A DNA stretch of 64,000 bases from Candidatus Cloacimonadales bacterium (GCA_963665815.1 OY762463.1:2432001-2496000); one strand, 5' to 3'. Shown: positions 19,994 through 30,226, counted from the first letter of the stretch. Numbers and translations are program-made. Notes: generated by a model from the sequence alone, not told the origin.

Positions 19994-21112
19994 TTATGAT
20001 TTCATTACAAACCAAAGGTCATCCAGCATACTCATAGCCTGGAAAAACTGATATTGTGTGAATGGTTTGCGAATAAAAGCTCTGACTCCCAGATTAATAG
20101 CATCTGAAACATCCTGTTCATCTTCTGATGATGAAAGGATTATAACAGGTGTATCTTTTATTGTATCATTTGCTCTGATAGTTCTGAGAATTTCAATTCC
20201 ATGTACATTTGGAAGATACAAATCAAGAAGGATAAGATCAGGTTTAGACAGAGGATTAATATTTTTTAATCCTGCAAAAAAATCTTTTGCCTCTTTCCCA
20301 TCTGTGAAAACTTTTATACTATGAGGAATCTTTGATAGTTCCATAATCTTCTCAGTGAATTTTGCATCAATTTTATTATCTTCTACAAGGATAATCTTGA
20401 TGTTTTCTTTAAAATTCACCAGCTTCTTAAGCAATTCGCTTTCAGAAATATCACGTATTACAAAAATCATTGTATCGTTTTCCGGAGAAATATATTGCTC
20501 CCTTATTTTAACAGGGAACATGTATCCGTTTTTCTTCTGCGCCTTTATTACATAAGTCCTTTTATTCTGAAAATCTGAAGGAACAAAGCAATTATATGGA
20601 TCCAATAGAAATACATCTATTTTCTTCCCGAGCACTTCATCTATATCATAGTCAAACATTGTAAGAAATGACTCGTTTACTTCAGTAATTATTCTGTTTT
20701 TAGTTATTACAAGACCTTCAAACACTGTCTCGGAGATTTTCTTTATTGCCTCAGTATTGCTGCTTGACATATAGTTTTTTACATAATTCTCAATCTCTGA
20801 ATAGATTCTTATAATGAAAGTGTTCTCTCTTTTGATAACAGGTTCCAGAATACAATATTGAACCTTTCTGCCTGACTCAATTAGAGTTTCATATTTTTCT
20901 TTCTCATTCACAGCCTTTTTGAACTCTTCAACTAAATGGCTGAATTCCTTTATCTCTGCAAGTTGATTGCTTTCAAAATCATAATAATCGGAAAACGTGG
21001 AATTACATGCAAGGATGTTCAATTCTTTATCAATAACACATATCGGCTCATTAATAGAGTCCAGAATTATTTCAGTATTTAAGTTAAACTCTTTTTGTAA
21101 ATTTTTATACAT
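19994..21112 (-). CDS. PAS-domain response regulator without output domain (Rcp1-like receiver)
   Basis: Two PAS-like segments; ILVEDN, PDLILLDLYLP, PVIILSSS, KP and terminal LWF. Confidence 0.85.
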   Translation of the reverse strand: MYKNLQKEFNLNTEIILDSINEPICVIDKELNILACNSTFSDYYDFESNQLAEIKEFSHLVEEFKKAVNEKEKYETLIESGRKVQYCILEPVIKRENTFIIRIYSEIENYVKNYMSSSNTEAIKKISETVFEGLVITKNRIITEVNESFLTMFDYDIDEVLGKKIDVFLLDPYNCFVPSDFQNKRTYVIKAQKKNGYMFPVKIREQYISPENDTMIFVIRDISESELLKKLVNFKENIKIILVEDNKIDAKFTEKIMELSKIPHSIKVFTDGKEAKDFFAGLKNINPLSKPDLILLDLYLPNVHGIEILRTIRANDTIKDTPVIILSSSEDEQDVSDAINLGVRAFIRKPFTQYQFFQAMSMLDDLWFVMKS

Positions 21113-21178
21113 TGTAGGCCTGTCCTTTAAGGTTAATTACAATAATTGTAATTAGTGACATTTTTCATATTTACACAA

Positions 21179-23833
21179 CTATGACAATATTTTTTTATTA
21201 AAATTACTTTTTTTTAGATAACATAATAAATTATTGAAATTTATTGGCTTGGTAACAGTTTCAGGTATTTCCCATTTTATTGTGAACTGTTTCTGTATTT
21301 CGGTATTATAGCCTGTACATAAAATAAATGGTATATCTATTTTATTATTTCTCAAATTCTCATAAAACTGGTATCCAGTCATTTGAGGCATTCCTATATC
21401 GCAGACAATTAAATCGTACATCTCGGGATTCCGAATTACTTCCCGAACTGCAATAATCGGGTTTGTATGAACTTTCACAATACAACCGGCTCTTCTCATC
21501 CGTCTGTTAAATATATATCCCAGAGAAGACTCATCATCAACATACAATATTCGCAGACCTTTCATTGTAAGATTTTCCTGTTCAAATGTACTATCAACAT
21601 GACTTTTTTGTCTGCATATGGGGAAAAATACTCTGATTGCAGTCCCCTTATTCAAAGTACTGCCAATATTTAAGCTGCCATTGAAGGACTTCACAATGCT
21701 GTGCACAATAGATAATCCAAGTCCTGTACCATGATTAACGGGTTTTGTTGTAAAGTAGGGTTCCATAACTTTCTTGAGATTTTCCTCCGGTATCCCGCAA
21801 CCATTATCTGAAACTTTTATCTCAAGAACAGTATCAAGATTATAATCATTCCCCATACTGCAGTCTTCAAGTTCTATCCTGCAGGATAAAGGGACATTAT
21901 CAAAATCAGTTTCTTTCAAACTCACTCTGATTTCTCCAGTTTCCCTGTTTACGGCATATAGAGAATTAGTGCACAAGTTCATTAATATCTGATGAATTTT
22001 TGTAGGTTCCGCTATAATCTGATTTTCCAGATGAATATCTGTAATTATCCTGACAGACGCCGGAGCTGATGATCGAATCAGTTTTACAACTTCTTTCATT
22101 ATAGGTTTAACCATTACCGGTCCAACTTCCTCAATCTTTTTTCTGCTGAAAGATAATATCTGCTTCACAAGTGCTCTGGCTCTGTTACCGGCTACCTGGA
22201 TTTCTCTGAGAGCTGATATAACCTCACTTGTTCTGTTTAATTCGTATTCTGATATTTCAGCATAGCCAATTATGACAGACAGAATATTGTTAAAATCATG
22301 TGCAATTCCACCGGCAAGAACACCGAGAGCTTCCATTTTTTGAGTCTGCATCAACTGTTTTTGCAGCTCATTTTTTTCAGAGGTTATTTCTTTTACAGTA
22401 TTTATGTCAGTAATAACACCATTAAACCCCAAAAGAACATTGTCTTTTTTGAATGGAAAAGTAATTACTTTTGCCCATTTGGAAGTTTTTTCTGCACATA
22501 TAAGTCTGTATTCATGTGCAAAACTATTGTATTCAAGATTAGAAAACTGATGTGACAATGCATTTGAATCATCTTCAAGAAATAGATTTTTAATATGTGA
22601 ATTGATCAGCTTTTCTGTTGAAATTCCTGTTAGTGTTGAATAAGACGAACTCAGGTAAACAATGTTTCCGGATGTATCAGTTGAAAAAACTGCATCACAG
22701 AGTGAATCTACAATATTCCTGTATCTTTCTTCTGACTCAACCAGATCTTCTTCAATTCCTTTGAGTTGCGATATATCTCTTACCGCAATAATATTGAGCT
22801 TAATGCTATTATAATCTGCCTGAGTAATTCTGAGTTCTGCCGGGAATTGACTACCTTCCAAAGATTTAAGCATAAGAATAAAAGGATTTGTGTCATTATC
22901 AGCAATTCGGTTAAACACCGCATCAATGTATTCTGCATCAAAAAGATTATAAATATTTAGAGTATCAAAATCTTTTCCCGAAACCTGAAACATTTTTTTA
23001 GCAGCTGTATTACACGCAATGCATTTACTCTCTGAGAAAACAAGTATTGCTTCCAGAGTAGATTCTGCCAGAATATCGTGTAGTTTATTACTGTGTATCA
23101 ACTCGCTGAGGTATTTATTCTTGATGGTATCATCTTCAATAATTAATCCAAAATAGTTCTTAGCCGGTGAATATGCAGTAACATGGAGATGTTTATTAAA
23201 CTCGGTAAGAAATATTGAGAATTCTGTTTTTGTTTTGTTTATATTAACATCAGATAGTTTCTTTATCAATCCGGAGAATGAAACAGGAAATATCTCTACA
23301 ACGCTTTTTCCAATTATATAATCTCTTTCCTGGCTGACAATTTCTTCGAATTTTCGGTTGATATCAATAATTATACAATTCTCAGGAGTTAATATTCCAT
23401 TACTCTTAAGTTTAAATAAAGCATAGGCATTCAGCATGTTATTCAACAGTACTTTGTTACCGCTTTGAAGCTTTATGGGAAAAGTACCAAATTCATCGGA
23501 TGATTTGTTCTCAAGACTTATCTGAAGAAAACAGTTTGAGATGTTTACTAACTCTACAGATAGCTGGTAATATTCATTATTGCTAACATAGCTATACTCA
23601 TATGATCCCGGTTCTTTAAGTTTTTGTAACCAACCACCAATACTGTATATTTGAGAAAGAGGATTAAGTATATGAATCTCATCAAAATAAGAACCAATAG
23701 TGTCAGATCTTGTAATAGGAAGCATAAACAACCCACTGGTTTGCATGTCTATACATACACCCTCTGTATTGAATATTAGTATAACTCTGGCGTTTGATGT
23801 TTCATTTATACAAGTTTTTCTTTTTAACTGCAT
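21179..23833 (-). CDS. Multi-PAS hybrid histidine kinase
   Basis: Several PAS domains, AHDFNN, DNGCG, GTGLGL, YVDDE/CDIGMP receiver. Start probably 23833 (AGGA RBS); ORF track gives 23884. Confidence 0.92.
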   Translation of the reverse strand: MQLKRKTCINETSNARVILIFNTEGVCIDMQTSGLFMLPITRSDTIGSYFDEIHILNPLSQIYSIGGWLQKLKEPGSYEYSYVSNNEYYQLSVELVNISNCFLQISLENKSSDEFGTFPIKLQSGNKVLLNNMLNAYALFKLKSNGILTPENCIIIDINRKFEEIVSQERDYIIGKSVVEIFPVSFSGLIKKLSDVNINKTKTEFSIFLTEFNKHLHVTAYSPAKNYFGLIIEDDTIKNKYLSELIHSNKLHDILAESTLEAILVFSESKCIACNTAAKKMFQVSGKDFDTLNIYNLFDAEYIDAVFNRIADNDTNPFILMLKSLEGSQFPAELRITQADYNSIKLNIIAVRDISQLKGIEEDLVESEERYRNIVDSLCDAVFSTDTSGNIVYLSSSYSTLTGISTEKLINSHIKNLFLEDDSNALSHQFSNLEYNSFAHEYRLICAEKTSKWAKVITFPFKKDNVLLGFNGVITDINTVKEITSEKNELQKQLMQTQKMEALGVLAGGIAHDFNNILSVIIGYAEISEYELNRTSEVISALREIQVAGNRARALVKQILSFSRKKIEEVGPVMVKPIMKEVVKLIRSSAPASVRIITDIHLENQIIAEPTKIHQILMNLCTNSLYAVNRETGEIRVSLKETDFDNVPLSCRIELEDCSMGNDYNLDTVLEIKVSDNGCGIPEENLKKVMEPYFTTKPVNHGTGLGLSIVHSIVKSFNGSLNIGSTLNKGTAIRVFFPICRQKSHVDSTFEQENLTMKGLRILYVDDESSLGYIFNRRMRRAGCIVKVHTNPIIAVREVIRNPEMYDLIVCDIGMPQMTGYQFYENLRNNKIDIPFILCTGYNTEIQKQFTIKWEIPETVTKPINFNNLLCYLKKSNFNKKILS

Positions 23834-24040
23834 TACAAATCCTGATATTTTAGTATATTGATACACTCTACAATATATTGGCATTCAAAATTTAACCAAT
23901 TAATAAAATTAATTATTACAGGTGAAGTGTTCCAAATACTCATGCTCACGGTTTTTATAGATGAATAAGATGCATGTTACCAAATTTGTAATTGACATAA
24001 CAGTCTGAGTGGAGTTAAATTTTAAGAAAAGGAGAGACTA

Positions 24041-24424
24041 ATGATTAAGGATTTAGTTAAAGCCGTAGAAGAAAGCCATTGGGATGACCTTCTTTTATTT
24101 TTTAAAGACAGAGAATATGGTTCCTCCCAAATCAATAAGCTGAAAAATGCTTCTGAAATGAATTCCGGTATCAGAAAAGTGCATTATGCTGATGAGAAGG
24201 GATTTAATGAGTGTCTTCTTTATATATCATTCAATAATAATCAGACAATGCATTTTTTGTTCGGTCAGTCTGAAGGAAAACTAATAGAGCATAAAATGAG
24301 TAATGAAGACAAAGTAAAGCCTTTTAATCTGGAAGAATTGCTTGGTAAAAAGTTATATTCAGTGAATGACCTGACAGAAGAGGACAAGAAGAAGATTACA
24401 GATCATATATTTAAGAACAAATAA
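24041..24424 (+). CDS. Hypothetical protein
   Basis: 127-aa ORF, AGGAG RBS, TTGACA at ~23992. Confidence 0.7.
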   Translation: MIKDLVKAVEESHWDDLLLFFKDREYGSSQINKLKNASEMNSGIRKVHYADEKGFNECLLYISFNNNQTMHFLFGQSEGKLIEHKMSNEDKVKPFNLEELLGKKLYSVNDLTEEDKKKITDHIFKNK

Positions 24425-24425
24425 G

Positions 24426-24472
24426 GGCTGTTGACAAAGTTGGTAGTCTGCGTTTCTTTTTTGTCAACAGCC
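24426..24472. repeat. 13-bp perfect inverted repeat (terminator-like hairpin or IS-end scar)
   Basis: GGCTGTTGACAAA ... TTTGTCAACAGCC with a 21-nt spacer, immediately after a stop codon. Confidence 0.6.
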
Positions 24473-24947
24473 TGTTTATCTGACTCTACGGATTCTCATT
24501 TATTATATTTAGCTGCAAGATATGTCAATTATATTTTTCGGTTTTTGCAAATATTATAAATAATTGCTTTTATGTCAAAGAATACTAAACTTCAAAATGG
24601 TACATCTTTAGGGGAAAGGTCAATAGTGTTAGATTTTACCATCCTTTTCAACATAACTTCTACAGCCAGTTAGTAACAAAGAGAGGATAATGACTGATGA
24701 AAATATTTTTAAGGTAACTTCTGTTTGATAACTCCAACTCTTACTCCTTAAGGACATCTGAATTTACTGTCTAATGCTTAGTTATCAGGAAATTATCGGT
24801 ATAAAAAGTAATTCATTGCTAACTTAGACTTGTGAAGACAATTATGCAAATCCTTTTTTACTGACAATGCAAAATTTAACCAGTGTAATGGTTGACAGTT
24901 ATTGCCACGGATATAGTGCTATCGTTATTCATATTGAAGGATACTCA

Positions 24948-25164
24948 ATGCTGAGAATAGAATTAAGGTGCTTTAAGAATCTGGGAGAACCGGACAAAAG
25001 AAGGCTATGCCAGTATTGGATACGAGATATTCACGGAGTTTAGCAGTATAGGTATTGCTTCTGAAGCATTCAGTTTAATGCCTGATATCGCCTCAGACTC
25101 CTTAGAGCACGGAATGGACGAGATTCAGATTCTCTTCCCGGTTTATCCGGCACTGTCTATTTAA
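24948..25164 (+). pseudogene. Internally deleted GNAT acetyltransferase pseudogene, paralogue of 27255-27725
   Basis: 24998-25092 matches 27481-27575 at 81/95 nt (hand count); N-terminus MLRIELRCFKNLGEPDKRRL aligns to MCRTKLKYFDDIKDTDKRKL; tail SDSLEHGMDEIQI aligns to SIELADGMLEMRV. Confidence 0.8.
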
Positions 25165-25420
25165 GACATAGCTTATAATACTTTCTATAAAGGCCATTCC
25201 TCTCGGTTTGGTCTTTTCGCTTTATCATTGCAACCTTAAGATTTTTCACAAAACCCTTATCTCATTATTCTGCAAAAACTAATTTAACACATATGAGTAG
25301 TACATTTTCTTTACATTTAATTCATTTATAAGTAAAAAGTTGCGACCATATAAATAATCTTCTTGACATATATTATAAATGCATTCATTCCCTGAAGTAT
25401 AAATTATATGGAGGTAAAAC

Positions 25421-25774
25421 ATGAAGAGAACCATCCTTTTCTTAACATTCGTAGTTATGAGTGTGCTGATATCAGCGAGTATTGGCGCAATAAGCTCACC
25501 AACATTATCCGTAAGTCAGGCAACTCATAATTCTCCTGTGATAATTAATGCAGGTATTCCCGATGATACTCAAAAGGTTATACTTGAAGTTTTCGATGAT
25601 TCAGATGTACTGATTGCAACACTGCATGATGGACGTTTAACACCGGGAACTGCAACTTTTTCGTGGAATCCGGGTTCGGCCACAGGTGAAGTAGACATCA
25701 GATTAACTGTTGTCAAACAGACCGTCAGTGTTGGAGGAGGTGTTGTTGTGACCAGGATTATATACCTTAAATAG
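25421..25774 (+). CDS. Small secreted protein, FlgD-Ig/T9SS-CTD-like domain
   Basis: Signal peptide; VILEVFD...LIATLHDG...G..TFSWN pattern; GGAGG RBS. Confidence 0.7.
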   Translation: MKRTILFLTFVVMSVLISASIGAISSPTLSVSQATHNSPVIINAGIPDDTQKVILEVFDDSDVLIATLHDGRLTPGTATFSWNPGSATGEVDIRLTVVKQTVSVGGGVVVTRIIYLK

Positions 25775-25829
25775 TTAAGAATTATGTATTCCGGGTGAAA
25801 TCAATTTAACAAAACAATTGGAGGAAATT

Positions 25830-26192
25830 ATGAAAAAAATCATGCTAATTTTAGCGTTGGTAATTATGAGTGTGTTATTATCTGCAACTACAGCTGGTAT
25901 CAGTTCGGAAGCAATGACAGTAACGCAGGTAAGTAAAAATGCACCGGTTGTTATCGGTTTCGATGTTCAGGAAGATAACAGCTACGTAGTTTTAAAAATT
26001 TATAACAGTTCTAATGTGTTAATTGCAACAGTATATGATGGTGTGTTAAATTCAGGTCAGGTATCCTTCTCTTGGAGTCCGAATTCATCGTTGGGAGGAA
26101 CTATCCTGGCGGATGAAGTCATTGTAGAAAAAGTTGAAGTCGGTAGCTATGGAATGAAAGGATACAAAACCAAATTTAAAATGCTGAAATAG
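25830..26192 (+). CDS. Small secreted protein, FlgD-Ig/T9SS-CTD-like domain (tandem paralogue)
   Basis: Signal peptide; VVLKIYN...LIATVYDG...G..SFSWS; ends KFKMLK; GGAGG RBS before ATG 25830. Confidence 0.7.
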   Translation: MKKIMLILALVIMSVLLSATTAGISSEAMTVTQVSKNAPVVIGFDVQEDNSYVVLKIYNSSNVLIATVYDGVLNSGQVSFSWSPNSSLGGTILADEVIVEKVEVGSYGMKGYKTKFKMLK

Positions 26193-26216
26193 AATAATCG
26201 TCTCACTTTTTAAGTT

Positions 26217-26250
26217 AACAGGCTGAAAGTATATGCTTTCAGCCTGTTTT
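26217..26250 (+). terminator. Terminator between convergent genes
   Basis: AACAGGCTGAAAG...CTTTCAGCCTGTT stem plus T-run. Confidence 0.8.
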
Positions 26251-26291
26251 GTATCTATGAAATAATTTTACACTTGCGAGAGTATCAAATA

Positions 26292-27044
26292 CTATTTATC
26301 AATATAGGTTTGTCTGTATCTGTCCGTAATTGGTCCCTGATTTTCACCCCAAGAGTATGAATTAGTTTTATCGTGACCAAAGAAACCTGCTCCTCTTACT
26401 TCAAATGTGGCAGGATCACAGCCCTGTACAAATTCATTTTCGAAGTATACGCATTTATTGTCTTTTATATAGTATTCATTAATTACAGTTACATTATTAT
26501 AATCCAATTCACTCAGTCGAAACTCATGCCAGAAGTAATAGTTTTTATCTTTACCAAAGTTTTCGTTGATGCCGGTAAAGGATTCGCAGTCGGCTCCATT
26601 TAGCTGCTCAATAAAATAGTATACATTGCTTTTGTCTTTTGACCAATAACCATCAATGACCTTGAACGTTGCAGGATCAGCCCCTTTAATCTCTGTATTA
26701 TGAGGTCTGATTTGTAGATTATATACAGCACGACTGTCCTTCCAGAAATAACCTTTAACATGTACAAATGTTGCAGGATCAGCTCCCGGAATAATTGATC
26801 TGTTTCTGAATACGTAGTTTTTATCCAAACCTATATTGTTAGTTATCGATTCGAAGGTTTCTGCATCAGCCTCAGGAATTTCAATTAAGGTTGGTCCATA
26901 CTTAACAGAATATGTTCCGTAATGATAAATTTTACCATCCTTTTCAACATATCCTCTACAACCGATCAAAAACAACGAGAGAATAGTAACAAGAAATAAT
27001 ATTCTTGAGATTCTATTAATGTATTTTGTGTGTTTGAAAATCAT
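26292..27044 (-). CDS. DKNYY-repeat family lipoprotein
   Basis: Lipobox LIGC; repeated I.GADP.TF..i...y.KDK..VY units incl. DKNYY. Confidence 0.85.
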   Translation of the reverse strand: MIFKHTKYINRISRILFLVTILSLFLIGCRGYVEKDGKIYHYGTYSVKYGPTLIEIPEADAETFESITNNIGLDKNYVFRNRSIIPGADPATFVHVKGYFWKDSRAVYNLQIRPHNTEIKGADPATFKVIDGYWSKDKSNVYYFIEQLNGADCESFTGINENFGKDKNYYFWHEFRLSELDYNNVTVINEYYIKDNKCVYFENEFVQGCDPATFEVRGAGFFGHDKTNSYSWGENQGPITDRYRQTYIDK

Positions 27045-27254
27045 AACTCACTCCTTTGAAACACCTGTTTTGACTGCTTTATGTCTAAATTCTCAAAATT
27101 TACTAACTATGTTATATAGTTTGATATTAAACTGAAGATTTGATTTTATTCTGTAAATTTTTTTTTACTTAAATATCGTTATTTCTTTCGGGTAATGTTG
27201 ACAGCTTTTACAAATAATTACTATTTATCAAATAGGAATATAAAGGAATGCTCA

Positions 27255-27725
27255 ATGTGCAGAACAAAGCTAAAATACTTTGATGATATTAAGGATACTG
27301 ACAAAAGAAAACTGTACAGCTACATCCATAATGTACATCTTGAGTCAGTAAAACTAACTCAAATCCGACAGTTTAACAAAGAAATCGATGACTGGATGAG
27401 CAGATCACAATCAGAGTACTTCGGAATATTCGCGAAAGATGAACTGGCAGGAACAATCAGTTTATCCAAACAGCACATAGAAGAAGGCTATGCCAGTATT
27501 GGATACGAGATATTCCCGGAGTTTCGTAGCATGGGAATTGCGACTGAAGCATTTACCTTAATGCTGGATATTGCCGGATCGAGAGGCTTCAAGTTTGTAA
27601 AAGGCAAGGTACGCAATGATAATGAATACTCTCTGCGAATCTGGCAAAAGCATAATGCACAATCAATAGAGCTGGCTGATGGGATGCTGGAGATGAGGGT
27701 TGAAATAAAGGAGAAAAAATGTTAG
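27255..27725 (+). CDS. GNAT acetyltransferase (RimJ/RimL-like)
   Basis: IGYEIFPEFRSMGIATEA motif A, N..S motif B; AAGGA RBS before ATG 27255. Confidence 0.85.
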   Translation: MCRTKLKYFDDIKDTDKRKLYSYIHNVHLESVKLTQIRQFNKEIDDWMSRSQSEYFGIFAKDELAGTISLSKQHIEEGYASIGYEIFPEFRSMGIATEAFTLMLDIAGSRGFKFVKGKVRNDNEYSLRIWQKHNAQSIELADGMLEMRVEIKEKKC

Positions 27726-28093
27726 TAAATAATCCGGTTGGATATTTTGAGATTCCGGTAGATGATCTGGAACGAGCAGTAGAATTCTACTCAGCTGTTT
27801 TTGATATAGATTTTATCTTTCAGACAGTGGACAATATTGAAATGGCTTTCTTTCCGTTCGATTCCTCCAAATCAGGAATTACCGGAGCACTGGCAAAAGG
27901 TGAAATTTATAAGCCTACAATCAAGGGTGTATTGATCTATTTCAGTGTTGAATCTATTGATGATGTTCTACAGAAAGTAAAAGATAGCAAAGGGGAGATG
28001 CTCTATCCTAAGACTTCTGTCGGAGAATACGGATTTGTTGCTGAGTTCAAGGATTCGGAAGGAAACAGAATCGGGTTGAATGAGAAGCTATAG
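27719..28093 (+). CDS. VOC/glyoxalase family protein
   Basis: YFEIPVDDLERAVEFY, LIYFSV, FKDSEGNRIGL. Confidence 0.9.
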   Translation: MLVNNPVGYFEIPVDDLERAVEFYSAVFDIDFIFQTVDNIEMAFFPFDSSKSGITGALAKGEIYKPTIKGVLIYFSVESIDDVLQKVKDSKGEMLYPKTSVGEYGFVAEFKDSEGNRIGLNEKL

Positions 28094-28293
28094 CTGCTTC
28101 AGATAACAATTATATTCCTCTTCACTGTTAAACCAGAGAATGCATCAGTATGAATCATAACCGCATTCTTTCAGAGCAGCACTCCATTCAGATAAAAAGT
28201 TGCATCAGGTCCTATTGTGACAGTCCGTTTGAGTCCATTGCATCAACATCGTTTCCTGACATGTTTGCAGTAATTATTCTATTGCATTTGTAA

Positions 28294-29208
28294 TTAAGAT
28301 AAAATCCCTGTCTGCTTCAATCTGATCTCAGAAATCCTCTGTCTTGATTCAGCAGTCAGCATTTCGCGGAAAGACATGAATGCACCTGTAACCCAATATC
28401 CACTCCCTGATTCTTTCAGGTATTTTTCCGGTAACATGTTATTGTTTGCCACATAAACATTATGAAGCAGCTTCTGAGCATTCTTGAATCTTTTGGTTTT
28501 TTTAGCTTCATCAAAGTTTGAGTACAAAATCAGCCTTGGTAAGATTGTGTTTGATTCGAAATTTGTCTCCTGCAGATCATCCGAGATATGACATGACCAC
28601 CCACAGGCATAGACTCTTTTTTTATTTATGAAATATGAATATCCATAACCTTTTACGACTTCTTTTTGATAAGAGTCCTGCATTAAAGACTTAATAATTT
28701 TGTTAATACTTTGAGAATAAGTTTTGTCTGCCTTCAGAACAGCATTCATCAGATATACATCGTGGATTGTGGGCAAGGGGCAGATTCCAACCCAGGGATC
28801 AAAGATTGGGTTCAATACAGGCATATCATAATACTTTTTCGGTACTTTCAGTTTTTTCTTCTCGTCTTCTGAAAGGTAATAATCTGCACCGTTCTTACTG
28901 GCAAAGGAAAACACCTTCTGCAATCTGGATTCAGCAAATTCCATTGCTATATCTTTCCCGGGAAGATCAAATGTAATCAAGTATATTGATGCAAGAGTAT
29001 TAGTAAGAAGCTGGAATCCCTCATTCTCAAAACCTTTCTTTTTCTGTAAAACATCTCTCAGAGAGTTCTCAATTTCTACAGGAAGAAAAGGTTCAAGGTG
29101 ATCTATTGCAGCATAAATCTTGTTTTCCAGTGAGTTCCTGTTTGAATGATGAACAGGATAATCCTTGTCGAACAGAAATGTGTTTAGATATGTGTTCGTG
29201 TTTTTCAC
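28294..29208 (-). CDS. Hypothetical protein
   Basis: 304-aa ORF, AAGGAG RBS before GTG start. Confidence 0.65.
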   Translation of the reverse strand: MKNTNTYLNTFLFDKDYPVHHSNRNSLENKIYAAIDHLEPFLPVEIENSLRDVLQKKKGFENEGFQLLTNTLASIYLITFDLPGKDIAMEFAESRLQKVFSFASKNGADYYLSEDEKKKLKVPKKYYDMPVLNPIFDPWVGICPLPTIHDVYLMNAVLKADKTYSQSINKIIKSLMQDSYQKEVVKGYGYSYFINKKRVYACGWSCHISDDLQETNFESNTILPRLILYSNFDEAKKTKRFKNAQKLLHNVYVANNNMLPEKYLKESGSGYWVTGAFMSFREMLTAESRQRISEIRLKQTGILS

Positions 29209-29431
29209 TCTTACTCCTTGTTATAATCAGTTACTATATAAAACTATAACAATGATCTGAATGTAAATATATGGTTAATAAGTGTCAAATAAACAATCAT
29301 ATTTTATTTTGGAATACACAATACTAATTTTGGTTTATTCAGGATAAAAAACCGACCCTTAGCTGGGTCGATAAGATAAAACGCAACTAATCTTGCAATT
29401 CACTATAACAAACTTAGATAAGTGATTGATT

Positions 29432-30226
29432 TTAGAAAGAGAATGATGTAATTATTGCTAACCCTCCCTGTGATTTTGTGAGGTATCTGATTTCCGTCTC
29501 ACCTTCTGGGAGCGGTTCATTTTCTTTAATATCTTTACCAAGCTCTTTCTGTTTGGAATCAACCATCCAGCCTATACCGATGTTGAATGTATTATCAGTT
29601 TTTTTATTGCGAAATCCGAACATAAGACCTCCACCGGCTCCATCTAAATGTCTGAAATCTTCCGTGGCAATAGCAACGAATGGTCCCCAGTGAAATGTTT
29701 CTTCCTGGAATCCAAACTTCCCTACAGTTTCATTGTTATAAAAACCAGAGGGAGCGGCAAAAAAGTAATGAGTTTCAGCTAATAATCTTACACCGACATT
29801 TGATTTTTCTTTTACCCTAACCAGCCCGTTTACTACCTCTGCTTCCTCTACTCTGTTGGAATTTACATCAAGAATCCATGAAACGCCTACACCCCAATTC
29901 AAACCTGCGAACTTTTTCAGCACTTCTTCTTTAGCGTTTTCTTTTACTTCTGCCTTTTTGGTTTCATCTTCTGCTTTCTTTTCTACTTTTGCTAATTGAT
30001 TTTTAGCTAATGTCTTGGCTAATTCGAATCTTGCTTCTTCAATTTTTTTCTGCAGCTGCTGAGTTTTGTTTTCAGCCCCTTCTTCTGCAGATTCTTCAGT
30101 TCCCGTCTTACTGATATTAACCGATTTGTCCAGTATCATTTTTGCATAATCATCTATGCTTATATTTAATTCTGCCATCAGGACACCCATTGAAATTAAT
30201 AAAACAACTGCTATACTTACTTTCAT
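29432..30226 (-). CDS. Secreted protein with coiled-coil N-half and probable beta-barrel C-half
   Basis: Signal peptide, E/K-rich helix, alternating beta strands, terminal ITSFSF; GGAGG RBS. Confidence 0.6.
   Translation of the reverse strand: MKVSIAVVLLISMGVLMAELNISIDDYAKMILDKSVNISKTGTEESAEEGAENKTQQLQKKIEEARFELAKTLAKNQLAKVEKKAEDETKKAEVKENAKEEVLKKFAGLNWGVGVSWILDVNSNRVEEAEVVNGLVRVKEKSNVGVRLLAETHYFFAAPSGFYNNETVGKFGFQEETFHWGPFVAIATEDFRHLDGAGGGLMFGFRNKKTDNTFNIGIGWMVDSKQKELGKDIKENEPLPEGETEIRYLTKSQGGLAIITSFSF

Noticed and set aside
24690-24728. Mini-ORF MTDENIFKVTSV with a GAGAGG RBS
   Set aside because: Only 12 codons with no other support; may be debris in a degraded region.
24998-27575. 95-nt near-repeat pair as a DGR template/variable repeat
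   Set aside because: The 14 mismatches are not adenine-specific and fall mostly at third codon positions; homology extends to both gene ends; no reverse transcriptase in the window. A paralogue pseudogene explains it.
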